Below are positions 29,627 through 41,564 of a stretch of 64,000 bases of DNA, in pieces. Below the pieces are notes generated by a model, which was not told the DNA's origin, searched no databases, and saw nothing but the letters and a program-made list of their open reading frames with translations. The position numbers were made by a program, and so were the translations under genes. This DNA is from Friedmanniella sp. (GTDB lineage: Bacteria; Actinomycetota; Actinomycetes; Propionibacteriales; Propionibacteriaceae), in the NCBI GenBank assembly GCA_045806705.1, contig JBJMIS010000026.1, positions 1,592-65,591 of the forward strand, written 5' to 3'. The first letter of the stretch is position 1. Each line of letters begins with the position of its first letter.

Positions 29627-32158
29627 CTACCAGCCGCCCAGCTGGCTCACCTCGGTCACCCGGACGACGGCGGTCCCCTCGGCGTCGCTCGCCGTGAGGT
29701 CGATCTCGGCGCTGATGCCCCAGTCGTGGTCGCCCTCGGGATCGTCGAGGATCTGGCGGACCCGCCAGCGACCCGGTTCCTCGGTGACCAGCAGCAGGCC
29801 GGGTCCGCGCGCGGCGGCGCCGGTCTGGATGCCGCCGTGCTCGGCGAAGTACGGCTCCAGCGCCGCCTGCCACGCCTCGGCAGGGAACGTCTCGTCGAGC
29901 TCGGCCAGCGCCCACCAGTCGCGCCGCGCGGCCAGCTCGACGCGGCGGAACAGCGCGTTGCGCACCAGGACCCGGAACGCACGCCGGTTGGCCGTGACCG
30001 GTGGCGTGCTCTGGTCGGCGGCCACGGCCGCCACCACCTCCTCCGCCGGGCTGCGCAGGGACTCCCACTCCTCGAGCAGGCTGGAGTCCACCTGCCGCAC
30101 CAGCTCACCCAGCCAGGCCGTCAGGTCCGCGACCGCATCCGTCCGGGCGTCGTCCGGCACGGTCTGCCGGAGCGCCTTGTAGGCGTCGGCGAGGTAGCGC
30201 AGCACGATGCCCTCGGCCCGGGCCAGGCCGTAGAAGCTGACGTACTCGGTGAAGGTCATCGAACGCTCCGCCAGGTCGCGGGCCACCGACTTCGGCGAGG
30301 GCTCGGTGTCCAGCACCCACGGGTGGGTCTGCCCGTACGCCAGGTAGGCCACGCCCAGCAGGTCGGCCAGCGGCTTCGGGTAGCTCACGTCCTCGAGCAA
30401 CGCCATCCGCTCCTCGTACTCCAGCCCGTCGGCCTTCATCTCCGCGACGGCCTCGCCGCGAGCCTTCGACCGCTGGGCGGTGAGGACCGGTCGGGGGTCG
30501 TCGAGCGTGGCCTCCAGCACCGAGAGGACGTCGAGGGCGTAGTCGTCGGACTCGCGGTCCAGCAGGTCCAGGCAGGCCAGCGCGAACGGCGAGAGCGGTT
30601 GGTTGAGCGCGAAGTCGGGCTGCAGGTCCACCGTGAGACGCGCTCGCCGGCCCAGCGCGTCGGGCTCGGCCAGCTGCTCCACCACTCCCGAGTGCAGCAG
30701 ACCGCGATAGATCGACAGCGCGCGGTGCAGATGCCGCCGACGCCGCGCCGCCGGCTCGTCGTTGTCGGTCAGCAGGTGCCGCATCGCCGCGTAGCAGTCA
30801 CCGGGCCGGTTGATGACGTTGAGCAGCATCGCGTGGCTGACCCTGAACGAGGACTCCAGCGGCTCGGGCTCGGCGGCGACCAGCCGCTCGAAGGTCGGCA
30901 GGCCGTACCCGATGGTGCCTTCCGGGGGCTTCTTCCGCACCACCTTCCGCCGCTTCTTCGGGTCGTCGCCCGCCTTGGCCAGGGCCTTCTCGTTGGCCAC
31001 GACGTGGTCCGGCGCCTGGACGATCACGGTGCCGGCAGCGTCGTAACCCGCCCGTCCCGCCCGGCCGCCGATCTGGTGGAACTCCCGGGCCGTGAGCAAC
31101 CGGGGCCGGACGCCGTCGTACTTGCTCAGTGAGGTCAGCAGCACCGTGCGGATCGGCACGTTGATCCCGACGCCCAGGGTGTCGGTGCCGCAGATCACCT
31201 TGAGCAACCCGGCCTGCGCGAGCAGCTCGACCAGGCGACGGTACTTCGGCAGCATCCCCGCATGGTGGACGCCGATGCCGTTGCGGACCAGCCGCGACAG
31301 CGTCTTGCCGAAGCCGGCCGTGAACCGGAAGCCGCCGATCAGGTCCGCGATCTGGTCCTTCTCCTCGCGGCTGGTGATCCGCAGGCTGTTCAGCGCCTGC
31401 GCCTGTTCGATCGCCGCGGCTCGGCTGAAGTGCACCACGTAGATCGGCGCCTGATGGGTCGCCAGCCGCTCTTCGATGGTCTCGTGCAACGGGATCGTGA
31501 CGTACTCGTGGTGCAGCGGCACCGGTCGTTCGGTCGAGCTGACCACCGCTGTCGGCCGACCCGTGCGCCGGGTCAGGTCTTCCTGGAAGCGCGTGACGTC
31601 GCCGAGCGTGGCCGACATCAGCAGGAACTGTGCCCGAGGCAGCTCGAGCAGCGGAACCTGCCAGGCCCAGCCGCGGTCGGGGTCGGCGTAGTAGTGGAAC
31701 TCATCCATCACGACCATGCCGACCGGGGAGTCCGCCCCCTCCCGCAGCGCAAGGTTCGCGAGGATCTCGGCGGTGCAGCAGATGATCGGGGCCCCCGCGT
31801 TGACACTCGCGTCCCCGGTCATCATCCCGACGTGGTCGACCCCGAACACCTCGACGGCAGCGAAGAACTTCTCCGAGACCAGCGCCTTGATCGGCGCGGT
31901 GTAGAACACGCGGGATGGGCCGGCGCCTGGTTGGTTCCGGGCCGCCAGCAGAGCGAACTGGGCGGCGGTGGCGACCAGGCTCTTGCCCGAGCCGGTCGGC
32001 GTGGACAGGATCACGTTGGACCCGGAGACCAGCTCGATGACCGCCTCCGTCTGAGCGGGGTAGAGACTCAGACCCTGGTCGGCGGCCCAGCCGTTGAACA
32101 CCTCGAAAACGGCATCCGGTCCGGGATCGGTGGGAACGAGGTCGGTGAGCAGCGGCAT
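29627..32158 (-). CDS. Ski2-like DEAD/DEAH helicase with DUF3516 C-terminus
   Basis: [41 protein letters not shown]-terminal DPEGDHDW. Confidence 0.92.
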   Translation of the reverse strand: MPLLTDLVPTDPGPDAVFEVFNGWAADQGLSLYPAQTEAVIELVSGSNVILSTPTGSGKSLVATAAQFALLAARNQPGAGPSRVFYTAPIKALVSEKFFAAVEVFGVDHVGMMTGDASVNAGAPIICCTAEILANLALREGADSPVGMVVMDEFHYYADPDRGWAWQVPLLELPRAQFLLMSATLGDVTRFQEDLTRRTGRPTAVVSSTERPVPLHHEYVTIPLHETIEERLATHQAPIYVVHFSRAAAIEQAQALNSLRITSREEKDQIADLIGGFRFTAGFGKTLSRLVRNGIGVHHAGMLPKYRRLVELLAQAGLLKVICGTDTLGVGINVPIRTVLLTSLSKYDGVRPRLLTAREFHQIGGRAGRAGYDAAGTVIVQAPDHVVANEKALAKAGDDPKKRRKVVRKKPPEGTIGYGLPTFERLVAAEPEPLESSFRVSHAMLLNVINRPGDCYAAMRHLLTDNDEPAARRRRHLHRALSIYRGLLHSGVVEQLAEPDALGRRARLTVDLQPDFALNQPLSPFALACLDLLDRESDDYALDVLSVLEATLDDPRPVLTAQRSKARGEAVAEMKADGLEYEERMALLEDVSYPKPLADLLGVAYLAYGQTHPWVLDTEPSPKSVARDLAERSMTFTEYVSFYGLARAEGIVLRYLADAYKALRQTVPDDARTDAVADLTAWLGELVRQVDSSLLEEWESLRSPAEEVVAAVAADQSTPPVTANRRAFRVLVRNALFRRVELAARRDWWALAELDETFPAEAWQAALEPYFAEHGGIQTGAAARGPGLLLVTEEPGRWRVRQILDDPEGDHDWGISAEIDLTASDAEGTAVVRVTEVSQLGGW

Positions 32159-32285
32159 GACCCCCCGATCGTCCCACCCACCGTGCCGTCCGCGCTCCGC
32201 CACACCGTGCGCCTGGTCGACAGTCCGGCACCTCACCCGTCGCGGCCCTGGTCGGACCCGACCCATCCGTCATACTGGAACGGCT

Positions 32286-33812
32286 ATGCATCCCTCCGCC
32301 CTGCCCACGCTGCCGACTCCCCGGCCGGAGGCGGACCGCCTGCTCGCCGTCCATCTGGTCACCTTGGGCTGCGCCCGCAACGAGGTGGACTCCGAGGAGC
32401 TGGCCGCTCGGCTGGAGGATGGCGGCTTCCGACTCGTCGCGGAGCCCGAGGATGCCGACGCGGTCCTCGTCAACACCTGCGGCTTCGTGGAGGCGGCGAA
32501 GAAGGACTCCGTGGACACCCTGCTCGCCGCCGCTGACCTCAAGGACCAGGGCCGCGCCCAGGCAGTGGTGGCGGTCGGCTGTCTGGCGGAGCGTTACGGT
32601 CGCGAGCTGGCCGACTCGTTGCCGGAGACCGACGCGGTGCTGAGCTTCGACGACTACCCCGACGTCGCTGACCGGCTGCAGTCCATCCTCGGCGGTCACT
32701 CCCACACGGCTCATGTGCCTCGGGACCGCCGAAAGCTGCTACCGCTCGCGCCGGCCGCGCGCCGCTCGGCCGCCCAGGGCCAGTCGCTGCCCGGCCACGG
32801 CACGCCCATGGACCTGCCCCCGGGGATCGCACCCGCCAGCGGACCGCGCCCGTTGCGGCGACGGCTCGACGGCGGGCCCACCGCGCCCCTCAAGATCGCG
32901 TCCGGCTGTGACCGGCGATGCGCGTTCTGCGCCATCCCCGCGTTCCGCGGCGCCTACCTGTCTCGACCTCCCGCCGAGGTGGTGGCCGAGGCGCACTGGC
33001 TTGCCGAGCAGGGTGTCCGTGAGCTGTTCCTGGTCAGCGAGAACACCTCGTCCTACGGCAAGGATCTCGGCGACATCCGGCTGCTCGAGAGCTTGCTCGG
33101 GCAGCTGAGCGAGGTGCCGGGGCTGGACTGGATCCGGGTGTCCTACCTGCAGCCCGCCGAGGTGCGACCCACCCTGGTGACGGCGATGACGAGCATCCCC
33201 AAGGTGGTGCCCTACTTCGACCTCTCGTTCCAGCATGCGTCCCCGGCCCTGCTGCGGCGGATGCGTCGTTTCGGTGACCCCGAGTCCTTCTTGGCCCTGA
33301 TCGCGTCGATCCGCGCCCTGGCGCCCACCGCCGGCATCAGGAGCAACGTCATCGTCGGCTTTCCCGGCGAGACCGAGGAGGACGTGCAGGTACTGGCGGA
33401 CTTCCTCAGCCGCGCCGGTCTGGATGCCATCGGGGTGTTCGGGTACTCCGACGAGGACGGCACGGAGGCGGCGAGGCTGGACCGACAGCTGCCACTGGAG
33501 GTGGTCGAGCAACGTCGTGACCGGATGGCCGATCTCGTCGACGCGCTCGTCGCGGAGCGGGCGGAGCAGCGTGTCGGGGAGACGGTGCAGGTGCTGGTCG
33601 AGGAGATCGAGGAGGGCGTCGTCGGACGCGCCGCCCACCAGGGCCCGGAGGTGGACGGCAACGTCCAGGTCCTGCCCGCCGGTGTGGACCTCCGGGTGGG
33701 TGATCTGGTGACGGCCGTGGTCACCGGCAGCGAGGGTGCGGATCTGGTGGCGGAGTTGCGTTCGGTCGCTACTCGGCCGACGACGGCCGTGCGGGAACAG
33801 CTTCATGGTTGA
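32286..33812 (+). CDS. rimO: Ribosomal protein S12 methylthiotransferase
   Basis: [37 protein letters not shown]. Confidence 0.96.
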   Translation: MHPSALPTLPTPRPEADRLLAVHLVTLGCARNEVDSEELAARLEDGGFRLVAEPEDADAVLVNTCGFVEAAKKDSVDTLLAAADLKDQGRAQAVVAVGCLAERYGRELADSLPETDAVLSFDDYPDVADRLQSILGGHSHTAHVPRDRRKLLPLAPAARRSAAQGQSLPGHGTPMDLPPGIAPASGPRPLRRRLDGGPTAPLKIASGCDRRCAFCAIPAFRGAYLSRPPAEVVAEAHWLAEQGVRELFLVSENTSSYGKDLGDIRLLESLLGQLSEVPGLDWIRVSYLQPAEVRPTLVTAMTSIPKVVPYFDLSFQHASPALLRRMRRFGDPESFLALIASIRALAPTAGIRSNVIVGFPGETEEDVQVLADFLSRAGLDAIGVFGYSDEDGTEAARLDRQLPLEVVEQRRDRMADLVDALVAERAEQRVGETVQVLVEEIEEGVVGRAAHQGPEVDGNVQVLPAGVDLRVGDLVTAVVTGSEGADLVAELRSVATRPTTAVREQLHG

Positions 33813-34398
33813 CCAGGCCGCGACGCCGACGGCGCAGCCGGAGTCGAGCCCCTGGAACGTCCCGAACGCGTTGACGGCACTGCGCATCGTCCTCGTGCCC
33901 GTCTTCGCCTGGATGCTGCTCGCCCACCCGGACGATGCGTGGTGGCGGGTCGCGACGGCCGGGGTCTTCCTGGTGGCGATCCTCACCGACAGCCTGGACG
34001 GCCATCTCGCCCGCAAACACAACCTCATCACGCGTTTCGGAAAGCTGGCCGACCCGATCGCCGACAAGGCGCTGACCGGTATGGCGTTCATCGGTCTGTC
34101 GATCATCGGTGAGCTGTGGTGGTGGCTGACCATCCTCATGCTGGTGCGCGAGTGGGGCATCACCGTGATGCGCTTCGTCATGCTGCGCTACGGGGTGATG
34201 GCCGCCGGGCGTGGCGGCAAGCTGAAGACCGTCCTGCAGTCGGTCGCGGTGATGCTGTACCTGCTGCCACTGCCCGGCTGGGCGCACGTCGTGGCAGTCG
34301 TGGTGATGCTGGTCGCGCTCGTCGTCACGGTCGTGACCGGTCTGGACTATGTCCGCGAGGCCGTCGTGTTGCGCCGTCGGGCACTGGCCGCAGGATGA
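33805..34398 (+). CDS. pgsA: CDP-diacylglycerol--glycerol-3-phosphate 3-phosphatidyltransferase
   Basis: [33 protein letters not shown]. Confidence 0.95.
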   Translation: MVDQAATPTAQPESSPWNVPNALTALRIVLVPVFAWMLLAHPDDAWWRVATAGVFLVAILTDSLDGHLARKHNLITRFGKLADPIADKALTGMAFIGLSIIGELWWWLTILMLVREWGITVMRFVMLRYGVMAAGRGGKLKTVLQSVAVMLYLLPLPGWAHVVAVVVMLVALVVTVVTGLDYVREAVVLRRRALAAG

Positions 34399-34916
34399 CG
34401 CAGGTCGGTGACCCGGCGGCGGAGCCGACGGCCGTTGCCGTGCTGGCGGAGCTCGCCCGGTCGTCAGCGACGCTGGCGACGGCGGAGTCCTTGACGGGCG
34501 GGATGATCGGAGCGCTGCTGACGGCTGTGCCGGGGGCGTCCGCGAGCTATGTCGGCGGGGTGATCAGCTACGCGACCCGACTGAAGGAGACCCTCGCCGG
34601 CGTGCGCGCAGCCACCCTGGCCGAGCTGGGGCCGGTGGCTCGGGCGACGGCAGAGGAGATGGCGACAGGTGTCGCCCGCCGCTGCTCGGCAGACTGGGGT
34701 CTGGCTGTCACCGGGGTTGCCGGACCCGAGCCACAGGACGGTCACCCCGTCGGGCAGGTCTTCGTGGGACTGGCGTACCCCGCCCATGCCTGGGCCAGCG
34801 TCCACGAGCTCCGGCTGCGCGGCAACCGGGATGCCATCCGACGCCACACGGCCGTTGCGGCTCTCACCTTGCTGAACGAGGCGCTGCGGAATGGAGCACC
34901 CGACCCGGAGCGTTGA
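34395..34916 (+). CDS. cinA: CinA C-terminal domain / NMN amidohydrolase (PncC-like)
   Basis: [27 protein letters not shown]; ATGA overlap. Confidence 0.9.
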   Translation: MTQVGDPAAEPTAVAVLAELARSSATLATAESLTGGMIGALLTAVPGASASYVGGVISYATRLKETLAGVRAATLAELGPVARATAEEMATGVARRCSADWGLAVTGVAGPEPQDGHPVGQVFVGLAYPAHAWASVHELRLRGNRDAIRRHTAVAALTLLNEALRNGAPDPER

Positions 34917-34981
34917 TCCCTTGTGCCCAGAACCCGTGTGGTCGGCCCGGACGGTGCCGGTGCGGTGGGTACAGTTTGGTC

Positions 34982-35293
34982 ATGCGACAGGAGAGTCCGG
35001 TGAAGCAGGTGCTGGTGCGAGAGCTCATCGGTGAGTCGCTGCGCGAGGAGCGGGTGGCCCAGGCTCGGACGCTGCGTGAGGTCTCGAAAGCGGCCCGGGT
35101 CAGTCTCGGCTACCTCTCCGAGGTCGAGCGGGGGCAGAAGGAGGCCTCCAGCGAGCTGCTGGCCTCGATCTGTGCCGCCCTCGACCTGCCCTTGTCGGCC
35201 GTGCTCAACATCGTCAGCGAGAAGATGGCGATGTACGAGCGGGTCACCCCGCTGCCCACGGCACGGAACATGCCGCAGGCCGCCGCGGCCTGA
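34982..35293 (+). CDS. clgR: XRE-family HTH regulator, ClgR-like
   Basis: [34 protein letters not shown]; start 34982 (TACAGT 6 nt upstream) or GTG 35000. Confidence 0.85.
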   Translation: MRQESPVKQVLVRELIGESLREERVAQARTLREVSKAARVSLGYLSEVERGQKEASSELLASICAALDLPLSAVLNIVSEKMAMYERVTPLPTARNMPQAAAA

Positions 35294-35328
35294 TCCGCAG
35301 GTTTCTGTCTGCCGGTCGCCAACGGCCG

Positions 35329-38300
35329 TCACGGCCCGGGTCGTAGCCGAAGTCCCTGGGGGGTCATCCGGAAGCCGGCCGCCTGCAGCGCTTCGCTCAC
35401 CAAGGTGGAGCCGAAGACGTGCCCACCGTCGGCGCGCTCCACGCTGAGCTTGCCGAGCTGGCCGCGCTGCACGGCTTCCGCCAGGGCAGCCGCTGCCGGA
35501 CCGACCCGACCGGGGTCCTCGCTGAAGGAGAGCAGCGTCTTGCCGCCGCGCTCCACGTAGAAGATCAGCCCGCCATCGACCAGCACGACGAGTGCCCCCG
35601 CCTTCCGTCCGGGCCGGTGTCCCTCACGTTCGGGCCAGGGGAGAGCGGCGCCGTACGGGTTGGCCGGGTCGCAGGCTGCCAGCACGGCAGCATGCGGCAC
35701 CTCCGGCTCGCGCTGCTGTGCCCGCAGCCGGTCAACGGCGCCCGTGAGCGCGAACTGGGACGCGCCAAGCCCCTCGATGAAGTAGCCGCGGCGACACTGC
35801 CCCGTCTCCTCGAGAGCGCTCAGGGCCCGATAGGCCGCTCCGAAGCCGCCCTCCCCGGTCTCGGTCATCACGCTGCCCCGGCTCACCACGCCGTAGCGGT
35901 CCAGCTGGGTGAAGACGTCGGCGGCCAGCCGCTCGGCCGGACTGCGATCCGACCTGGGGACGAGGGACCAGCGGCCGGCAGTGGTCGGGGACGCCGTCCT
36001 CGCCAACCGACCCGGTCGGGCCAGCCCACCGCCCGCCAGACGGGCTCGATGGGTTCGAGCCACCGGCCTGGCCGGCGCCCGCTTATGAGCGCCGCCCCCG
36101 GCCAGGGCCCGGACGGGAGCGAAGGTGTCCCCGGTGACCAGCCCGGCCCAGACCAGGTCCCACAGTGCAGCGACGTACTCCGACCGGTCGCCGGTCGCGG
36201 CCTCAGGTGGCAGCAGTGCGTCGAAGAAGTAGGCGCCGCCGGTTCCCAGGGCCTCGAGCAGCTGGGTGCTGCGATGGTGGGCCGGGGCGGAGCGCACCGG
36301 GCTGGGTTCGGCCCCCGAGACGAACCAGCGGACCCAGCCGTCCGAGTCGCCGATCCCGCCGTCGCCCACCCAGCAGACCTCGCCGCTGGTGGTCAGCTCG
36401 TCCAGCATGGCCGGCGAGTAGTCAGCGACCCGGGCCGGCAGGATCACCGACTCCACGGCGCTGGCGGGCATCGGGTAGCCGGAGAGCTGCTCGAGGGCCG
36501 CCAGCACGGCGTCACTCCCGCGGCTGCCTGAGCCGACACCCTGCCACTCCGCCAGGAACCTCGCGTACGCGACCTGTTCGACGGGCTCGACCTCCTTGCG
36601 GAGGAGTGCCAGCGTCCGGCGCTTGATCAGCGCCAGCACCTGCCCGTGGCAGTACTGCCGCCGTTCGTGCGCCGCCTCCCCGTCCAGGTCGACGAAGGTG
36701 CCGGCGACCAAGGTGCCTGCCGAGGTCAGCGCCTCGCAGGCCTGCTCGACGACCGCCCGCCCGAGGCCGTAGCGGCTCGCGACGGTGCTGAGAACGAAGG
36801 GGCCGTGGGTCCGGGCCCAACGCAGTACCAGGTCCTCGATGGGGCGAGCCGCCGGGTCGGCGAAGGTGGCCGCCACCCCGGGTGGCACCGGGATGCCGAG
36901 GCCGTCCCGGAGCCGGGGCACGTCCTCGGCCACCGCGACCATCGGGATGCCGGCGATCCGCACCTCCACCGCCCGGCGGTCCAGGACCAGCTTCTCCACC
37001 GCCTGGTCCGCGTCCAGACCCTCGGCCACCCGCGACGCCAGCTCGGGTCGGCTGAAGGGACCGGCCGTGCGGAGCAGGTCGTAGAGCTGTTCCCCGGTGG
37101 TGGCGCGACGTTCTGGGCTCAGACCCTGCAGCCCGGCCTCGGTCTGGCTGATCACCGAGGCGTCCAGCAGCTGCTTGAGCCCGTCCTTGCCCAGCAGCTC
37201 CGCCAGCAGGGTGGCGTCGAGCGACAGGGCAGCCGCCTTCTTCTCGGCCAGCGGCACATCGCCCTCGTAGACGAAGGCCCCCACGTAGCCGAAGAGCAGG
37301 GACTTGGCGAACGGTGACGGTTCCTTGGTCTCGACCTCGACCAGGCGCAGCGAGCGGGAGGCGATCTGGCGTTGGACGTCGAGCAGCCCCTCCAGGTCGA
37401 AGACATCGGTCAGGCACTCCCGCATCGTCTCGAGCACGATCGGGAACTCCGGGTACTGCGACGCGACGGTGAGCAGCTGAGCCGAGCGCATCCGCTGCTG
37501 CCACAGCGGCGACCGCGACTTGGGGTCACGGCGCGGCAGCAGCAGCGCCCGAGCGGCGCACTCGCGGAACCGCGCCGCGAAGAGGGCGGAGCCACCGACC
37601 TCATCCGTCACCACGGACTCGACCAGGTCGGGGTCGAGCACGATCAGGTCGGCGCTCGGCGGCTCGGACTCGGTGTCGGGGATGCGGAGCACCATGCCGT
37701 CGTTGGTGGCGCTGGCCTGGACCTCGATGCCGTAGCGCTGCCGGGCCGCCCGCTCGACGGCGAGAGCCCAGGGGGTCAGCACCCCGGTGCCCAACGGCGA
37801 GTGCACACACACCCGCCAGTCGCCGAGCTCATCGCGGAACCGCTCGAAGACGATCGTCTGGTCGGTGGGCAGTGCCCCGGTGGCGGTCGACTGCTCGGTG
37901 AGGTAGGCCACCAGGTTGCGGGCGGCGAACTCATCGAGCCCGCTCTCCCGCAGCCGGCTCGTCGCCCGAGCGGCAGGCAGGGTGCCCACCTCCCGGACGA
38001 ACTCACCGAAAGCCCGGCCGAGCTCGAGCGGTCGACCGGGTGAGTCGCCCTTCCAGAAGGGGAGCCGGCCCGGCACGCCGGGGGCGGGCGAGACGAGGAC
38101 CTGGTCGTGGGTGATCTGCTCCACCCGCCAGCTCGTCGTCCCGAGGGTGAAGACATCGCCCACCCGGGTCTCGTAGACCATCTCCTCGTCCAGCTCGCCG
38201 ACACGGCGGCCCGGAGCGTGCTTGCCCCCGGCGTTGCCCTCGCCGACGAGGAAGACGCCGAACAGGCCCCGGTCGGGAATGGTCCCGCCGGAGGTGACCG

Positions 38301-39945
38301 CCAGCCGCTGCGCCCCCGGGCGGGCGGTCAGCAGCCCGGTGTCCCGCTGCCAGATCAGACGCGGCCGCAGCTCCGCGAAGTCCTCCGACGGGTACCGGCC
38401 GCTCAGCATGTCGAGGACGGCCTCGAACGCGCTGTAGGGCAGGTCCCGGTAGCTGCCCGCTCGCCGTACCAGGGCGTACAGCTCGTCGACCTTGGTCTCC
38501 TGCAGGGCCACGATCGCCACGATCTGCTGCGCCAGGACGTCCAAGGGGTTGCGTAGCTCGGCCACCTCCTCGATGGCGCCTTGCCGCATCCGCTCGACCA
38601 CCACCGAGGACTCGATGAGATCCCCGCGGTGGTTGGGGAAGAAGACCCCGCGCGAGGTCGCTCCCACCTGGTGGCCGGCCCGCCCGACACGTTGCAGACC
38701 ACTCGCGACCGACGGCGGTGACTCGACCTGCACCACGACGTCGACGGCTCCCATGTCGATCCCGAGCTCGAGGGAGGAGGTCGCCACCACGCAGGGCAGT
38801 CGGCCCGACTTGAGGTCGGACTCGATCTGGGCGCGCTGCTCCTTGCTGACCGAGCCGTGGTGGGCCCGGGCGATCACCGGGACGTGGGTGCCGTCGTGGC
38901 CCGAGGACGCCCCCGACTGGGCCATGATCTGCGCCGGCGGCGGCGGACGGAGGTTCTGAGCCCCCGGGTCGGGCTCGCCCAGGCGTTCCGCCTGCAGCTC
39001 GTTGAGGTGCGACGTCAGCCGCTCCGCGAGCCTGCGGGAGTTCGCGAAGACGATGGTCGACCGGTGCTGGGAGATCAGGTCGAGGATCTTGTTCTCCACG
39101 TGCGGCCAGATCGAGGGTGCCCGGGCAGGGGCCTGCTCGTCCTCCAGCGAGGCTGTCGGGGTCGAGGCCGAGGCGCCGAGATCGCTCATGTCCTCCACGG
39201 GAACGACGATCTCGAGGTCCCAGCTCTTCTCCGCCGGTGGCGCCACCACCGTGACGGGGTGCGTGCCGCCGAGGTAGGCCGCAACCCGTTCGGCCGGCCG
39301 GACGGTGGCCGAGAGCCCGATCCGCTGGAGGGGCCGGTGCGGGGTGTCCGGTGTCGCAGCCTCCACGGTCAGCGCCTCCAGCCGCTCGAGGGAGAGCGCC
39401 AGGTGTGCGCCGCGCTTGGTCCCGGCCAGGGCGTGCACCTCGTCGACGATCACCGTGCGCACCGAGCGCAGGACGTCGCGGGCGTTGGAGGTCAGCATCA
39501 GGAACAGCGACTCGGGGGTGGTGATCAGGATGTCGGGTGGACGGCTGGCGATGGCGCGGCGTTCGGAAGGGCTGGTGTCGCCGGACCGGACACCGACCGT
39601 GACGTTGGGCGGGGTCTGGTTGAGCCGCAGGGCGGTCTGGGTGATCCCGGCGAGGGGGGCGCGAAGGTTGCGCTCGACGTCGACGGCGAGCGCCTTCAAG
39701 GGCGAGACGTAGAGGACGCGGCAGCGCTCAGCTGACACCGGCTGGGGGGACCGCGTCAGGTCGTCCAGCGCCCACAGGAAGGCGGCGAGGGTCTTTCCGG
39801 AGCCGGTCGGGGCGACGACCAGGGCGTTCTGGCCGGCCGCGACAGCGTGCCAAGCTCCAGCCTGGGCCGACGTGGGGCGCGCGAAGACCTCTCGGAACCA
39901 CGTGGCAGTGGCGGGAGAGAAAGCGCTCAGGACGTCGTTCGGCAC
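35329..39945 (-). CDS. lhr: Lhr family ATP-dependent helicase
   Basis: APTGSGKT, SPLKAL, DEVH, HHGSVS, LELGIDMG, QRVGRAGH, C-terminal DPANPYGA; GTG start at 39945. Confidence 0.95.
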   Translation of the reverse strand: MPNDVLSAFSPATATWFREVFARPTSAQAGAWHAVAAGQNALVVAPTGSGKTLAAFLWALDDLTRSPQPVSAERCRVLYVSPLKALAVDVERNLRAPLAGITQTALRLNQTPPNVTVGVRSGDTSPSERRAIASRPPDILITTPESLFLMLTSNARDVLRSVRTVIVDEVHALAGTKRGAHLALSLERLEALTVEAATPDTPHRPLQRIGLSATVRPAERVAAYLGGTHPVTVVAPPAEKSWDLEIVVPVEDMSDLGASASTPTASLEDEQAPARAPSIWPHVENKILDLISQHRSTIVFANSRRLAERLTSHLNELQAERLGEPDPGAQNLRPPPPAQIMAQSGASSGHDGTHVPVIARAHHGSVSKEQRAQIESDLKSGRLPCVVATSSLELGIDMGAVDVVVQVESPPSVASGLQRVGRAGHQVGATSRGVFFPNHRGDLIESSVVVERMRQGAIEEVAELRNPLDVLAQQIVAIVALQETKVDELYALVRRAGSYRDLPYSAFEAVLDMLSGRYPSEDFAELRPRLIWQRDTGLLTARPGAQRLAVTSGGTIPDRGLFGVFLVGEGNAGGKHAPGRRVGELDEEMVYETRVGDVFTLGTTSWRVEQITHDQVLVSPAPGVPGRLPFWKGDSPGRPLELGRAFGEFVREVGTLPAARATSRLRESGLDEFAARNLVAYLTEQSTATGALPTDQTIVFERFRDELGDWRVCVHSPLGTGVLTPWALAVERAARQRYGIEVQASATNDGMVLRIPDTESEPPSADLIVLDPDLVESVVTDEVGGSALFAARFRECAARALLLPRRDPKSRSPLWQQRMRSAQLLTVASQYPEFPIVLETMRECLTDVFDLEGLLDVQRQIASRSLRLVEVETKEPSPFAKSLLFGYVGAFVYEGDVPLAEKKAAALSLDATLLAELLGKDGLKQLLDASVISQTEAGLQGLSPERRATTGEQLYDLLRTAGPFSRPELASRVAEGLDADQAVEKLVLDRRAVEVRIAGIPMVAVAEDVPRLRDGLGIPVPPGVAATFADPAARPIEDLVLRWARTHGPFVLSTVASRYGLGRAVVEQACEALTSAGTLVAGTFVDLDGEAAHERRQYCHGQVLALIKRRTLALLRKEVEPVEQVAYARFLAEWQGVGSGSRGSDAVLAALEQLSGYPMPASAVESVILPARVADYSPAMLDELTTSGEVCWVGDGGIGDSDGWVRWFVSGAEPSPVRSAPAHHRSTQLLEALGTGGAYFFDALLPPEAATGDRSEYVAALWDLVWAGLVTGDTFAPVRALAGGGAHKRAPARPVARTHRARLAGGGLARPGRLARTASPTTAGRWSLVPRSDRSPAERLAADVFTQLDRYGVVSRGSVMTETGEGGFGAAYRALSALEETGQCRRGYFIEGLGASQFALTGAVDRLRAQQREPEVPHAAVLAACDPANPYGAALPWPEREGHRPGRKAGALVVLVDGGLIFYVERGGKTLLSFSEDPGRVGPAAAALAEAVQRGQLGKLSVERADGGHVFGSTLVSEALQAAGFRMTPQGLRLRPGP

Positions 39946-39951
39946 TTCTCC

Positions 39952-39973
39952 ATAGTGCCCGGCGGGACTGACA
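39952..39973 (-). promoter_or_regulatory. PafBC-type (RecA-NDp) promoter of lhr: TGTCAGTC-N8-CACTAT
   Basis: Matches TGTCRGTG-N8-TAnnnT with 2 mismatches, 6 nt before GTG. Confidence 0.65.
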
Positions 39974-40080
39974 GTTCTGCTCGACGGCGGTCCGTCATGG
40001 GAGGAGGGCGTGACGCAGACCGGACCGCCCGGGGGACACTGGGAGCTGATCAGCACCGGCGAGCGAGGGCGAGCACACCT

Positions 40081-40275
40081 GTGAAGGAAACCGATCTGTG
40101 GCAGCGGCTGGAGCAGCAGCTGGGCTCCGGCTACTACCGGGTGTGGGCCGCGGAGTACAGCCTGGCGGAGCTCCAGGACCGCACCGTCATCCAGGCCGTC
40201 GCGGACGGGGTGCCGGCGAAGACGGTCTGGCGGGCGGTGTGGGCTGCGCTCGAGCTGCCGGCGCGGGAGCGCTGA
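40081..40275 (+). CDS. DUF3046 family protein
   Basis: KETDLWQRL...L.DRTV.QA..DGV..KTVWRAV; conserved position before recA. Confidence 0.9.
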   Translation: MKETDLWQRLEQQLGSGYYRVWAAEYSLAELQDRTVIQAVADGVPAKTVWRAVWAALELPARER

Positions 40276-40361
40276 ACCAGACGTCCTGTCCGTGCCGCCA
40301 CACGAGCGGCGGCGCGAGTTGAGAGTCCGAGGTGGAGCCCGGTCGGCGTGTCGCACGCTGT

Positions 40362-40377
40362 TCGAACAGGTGTTCGG
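40362..40377. promoter_or_regulatory. LexA (SOS) box upstream of recA
   Basis: TCGAACAGGTGTTCGG matches TCGAAC-N4-GTTCGA. Confidence 0.9.
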
Positions 40378-40442
40378 TAAGTTGTCCACCAGGTCGAGGA
40401 GTGGGATGACGCTGTCCACAGGCTCGCCGCAGCACGCACCTA

Positions 40443-40464
40443 TGTCAGTGCCTCTCCTTAGAGT
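40443..40464 (+). promoter_or_regulatory. PafBC-type (RecA-NDp) recA promoter: TGTCAGTG-N8-TAGAGT
   Basis: Exact match to the TGTCRGTG-N8-TAnnnT consensus. Confidence 0.85.
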
Positions 40465-40514
40465 CCCTGCACAGACGTACGACACGGAAACGCCCGGACG
40501 GGTGAGGGAAGGAC

Positions 40515-41564
40515 ATGATGGCGACCAACGACCGCGAGAAGGCGCTGGAGACAGCGCTCGCCCAGATCGACAAGCACTACGGCAAGGGGTCGGTGATGCG
40601 CCTCGGGGACGAGGTCCGCGCACCCCTCGAGGTGATTCCCACTGGGTCCATCTCCTTGGACCTCGCTCTCGGTATCGGCGGTCTGCCGCGTGGTCGGGTG
40701 ATCGAGATCTACGGCCCCGAGTCCAGCGGTAAGACGACCGTCGCCCTGCACGCCATCGCCAACGCGCAGGCGGCCGGTGGCATCTGTGCCTTCATCGACG
40801 CCGAGCACGCGCTCGACCCGGAGTACGCCGCGAAGCTCGGGGTCGACACCGACTCCCTGCTCGTCAGCCAGCCCGACAACGGGGAGCAGGCTCTGGAGAT
40901 CGCCGACATGCTGGTCCGTTCAGGCGCGCTGGCGCTGATCGTCATCGACTCGGTCGCGGCACTGACACCGCGGGCCGAGATCGAGGGAGAGATGGGGGAC
41001 AGCCACGTCGGTCTCCAGGCGCGACTGATGAGCCAGGCGCTGCGCAAGATGACGGGGGCCTTGAGCAACTCCAACACCACCGCGATCTTCATCAACCAGC
41101 TGCGCGAGAAGATCGGGGTCATGTTCGGCTCGCCCGAGACCACCACCGGTGGCCGGGCGCTCAAGTTCTACTCCTCGGTCCGCCTCGATGTGCGCCGCAT
41201 CGAGACGCTCAAGGACGGCCAGGAGATGGTGGGGAACCGTACCCGGGTCAAGGTCGTCAAGAACAAGGTCGCGCCACCTTTCAAGCAGGCCGAGTTCGAC
41301 ATTCTCTACGGTTACGGAATCAGCCGGGAGGGAAGCCTGATCGACCTTGGAGTCGAGGCCGGAATCATCCGTAAGGCCGGTGCCTGGTTCACCTACGACG
41401 CCGACCAGCTCGGTCAAGGTCGTGAGAACGCCCGCACCTACCTCCGGACCAACCCCGACCTCGCCAACGAGCTGGAGAAGAAGATCAAGGAGAAGATGGG
41501 CATCGGTCCCCAGGTCGACACCCCGGCCGGCATCGACCCTGTCACCGGTGAGGTGGAGTTCTGA
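40515..41564 (+). CDS. recA: Recombinase RecA (no intein)
   Basis: [34 protein letters not shown]. Confidence 0.99.
   Translation: MMATNDREKALETALAQIDKHYGKGSVMRLGDEVRAPLEVIPTGSISLDLALGIGGLPRGRVIEIYGPESSGKTTVALHAIANAQAAGGICAFIDAEHALDPEYAAKLGVDTDSLLVSQPDNGEQALEIADMLVRSGALALIVIDSVAALTPRAEIEGEMGDSHVGLQARLMSQALRKMTGALSNSNTTAIFINQLREKIGVMFGSPETTTGGRALKFYSSVRLDVRRIETLKDGQEMVGNRTRVKVVKNKVAPPFKQAEFDILYGYGISREGSLIDLGVEAGIIRKAGAWFTYDADQLGQGRENARTYLRTNPDLANELEKKIKEKMGIGPQVDTPAGIDPVTGEVEF

Noticed and set aside
27132-30068. Long antisense ORFs (978 aa here; also opposite rhmD, rny, helicase, subtilase)
   Set aside because: Shadow ORFs from high-GC codon bias opposite well-supported genes
40515-41564. 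RecA intein
   Set aside because: Normal length (349 aa) with continuous motifs
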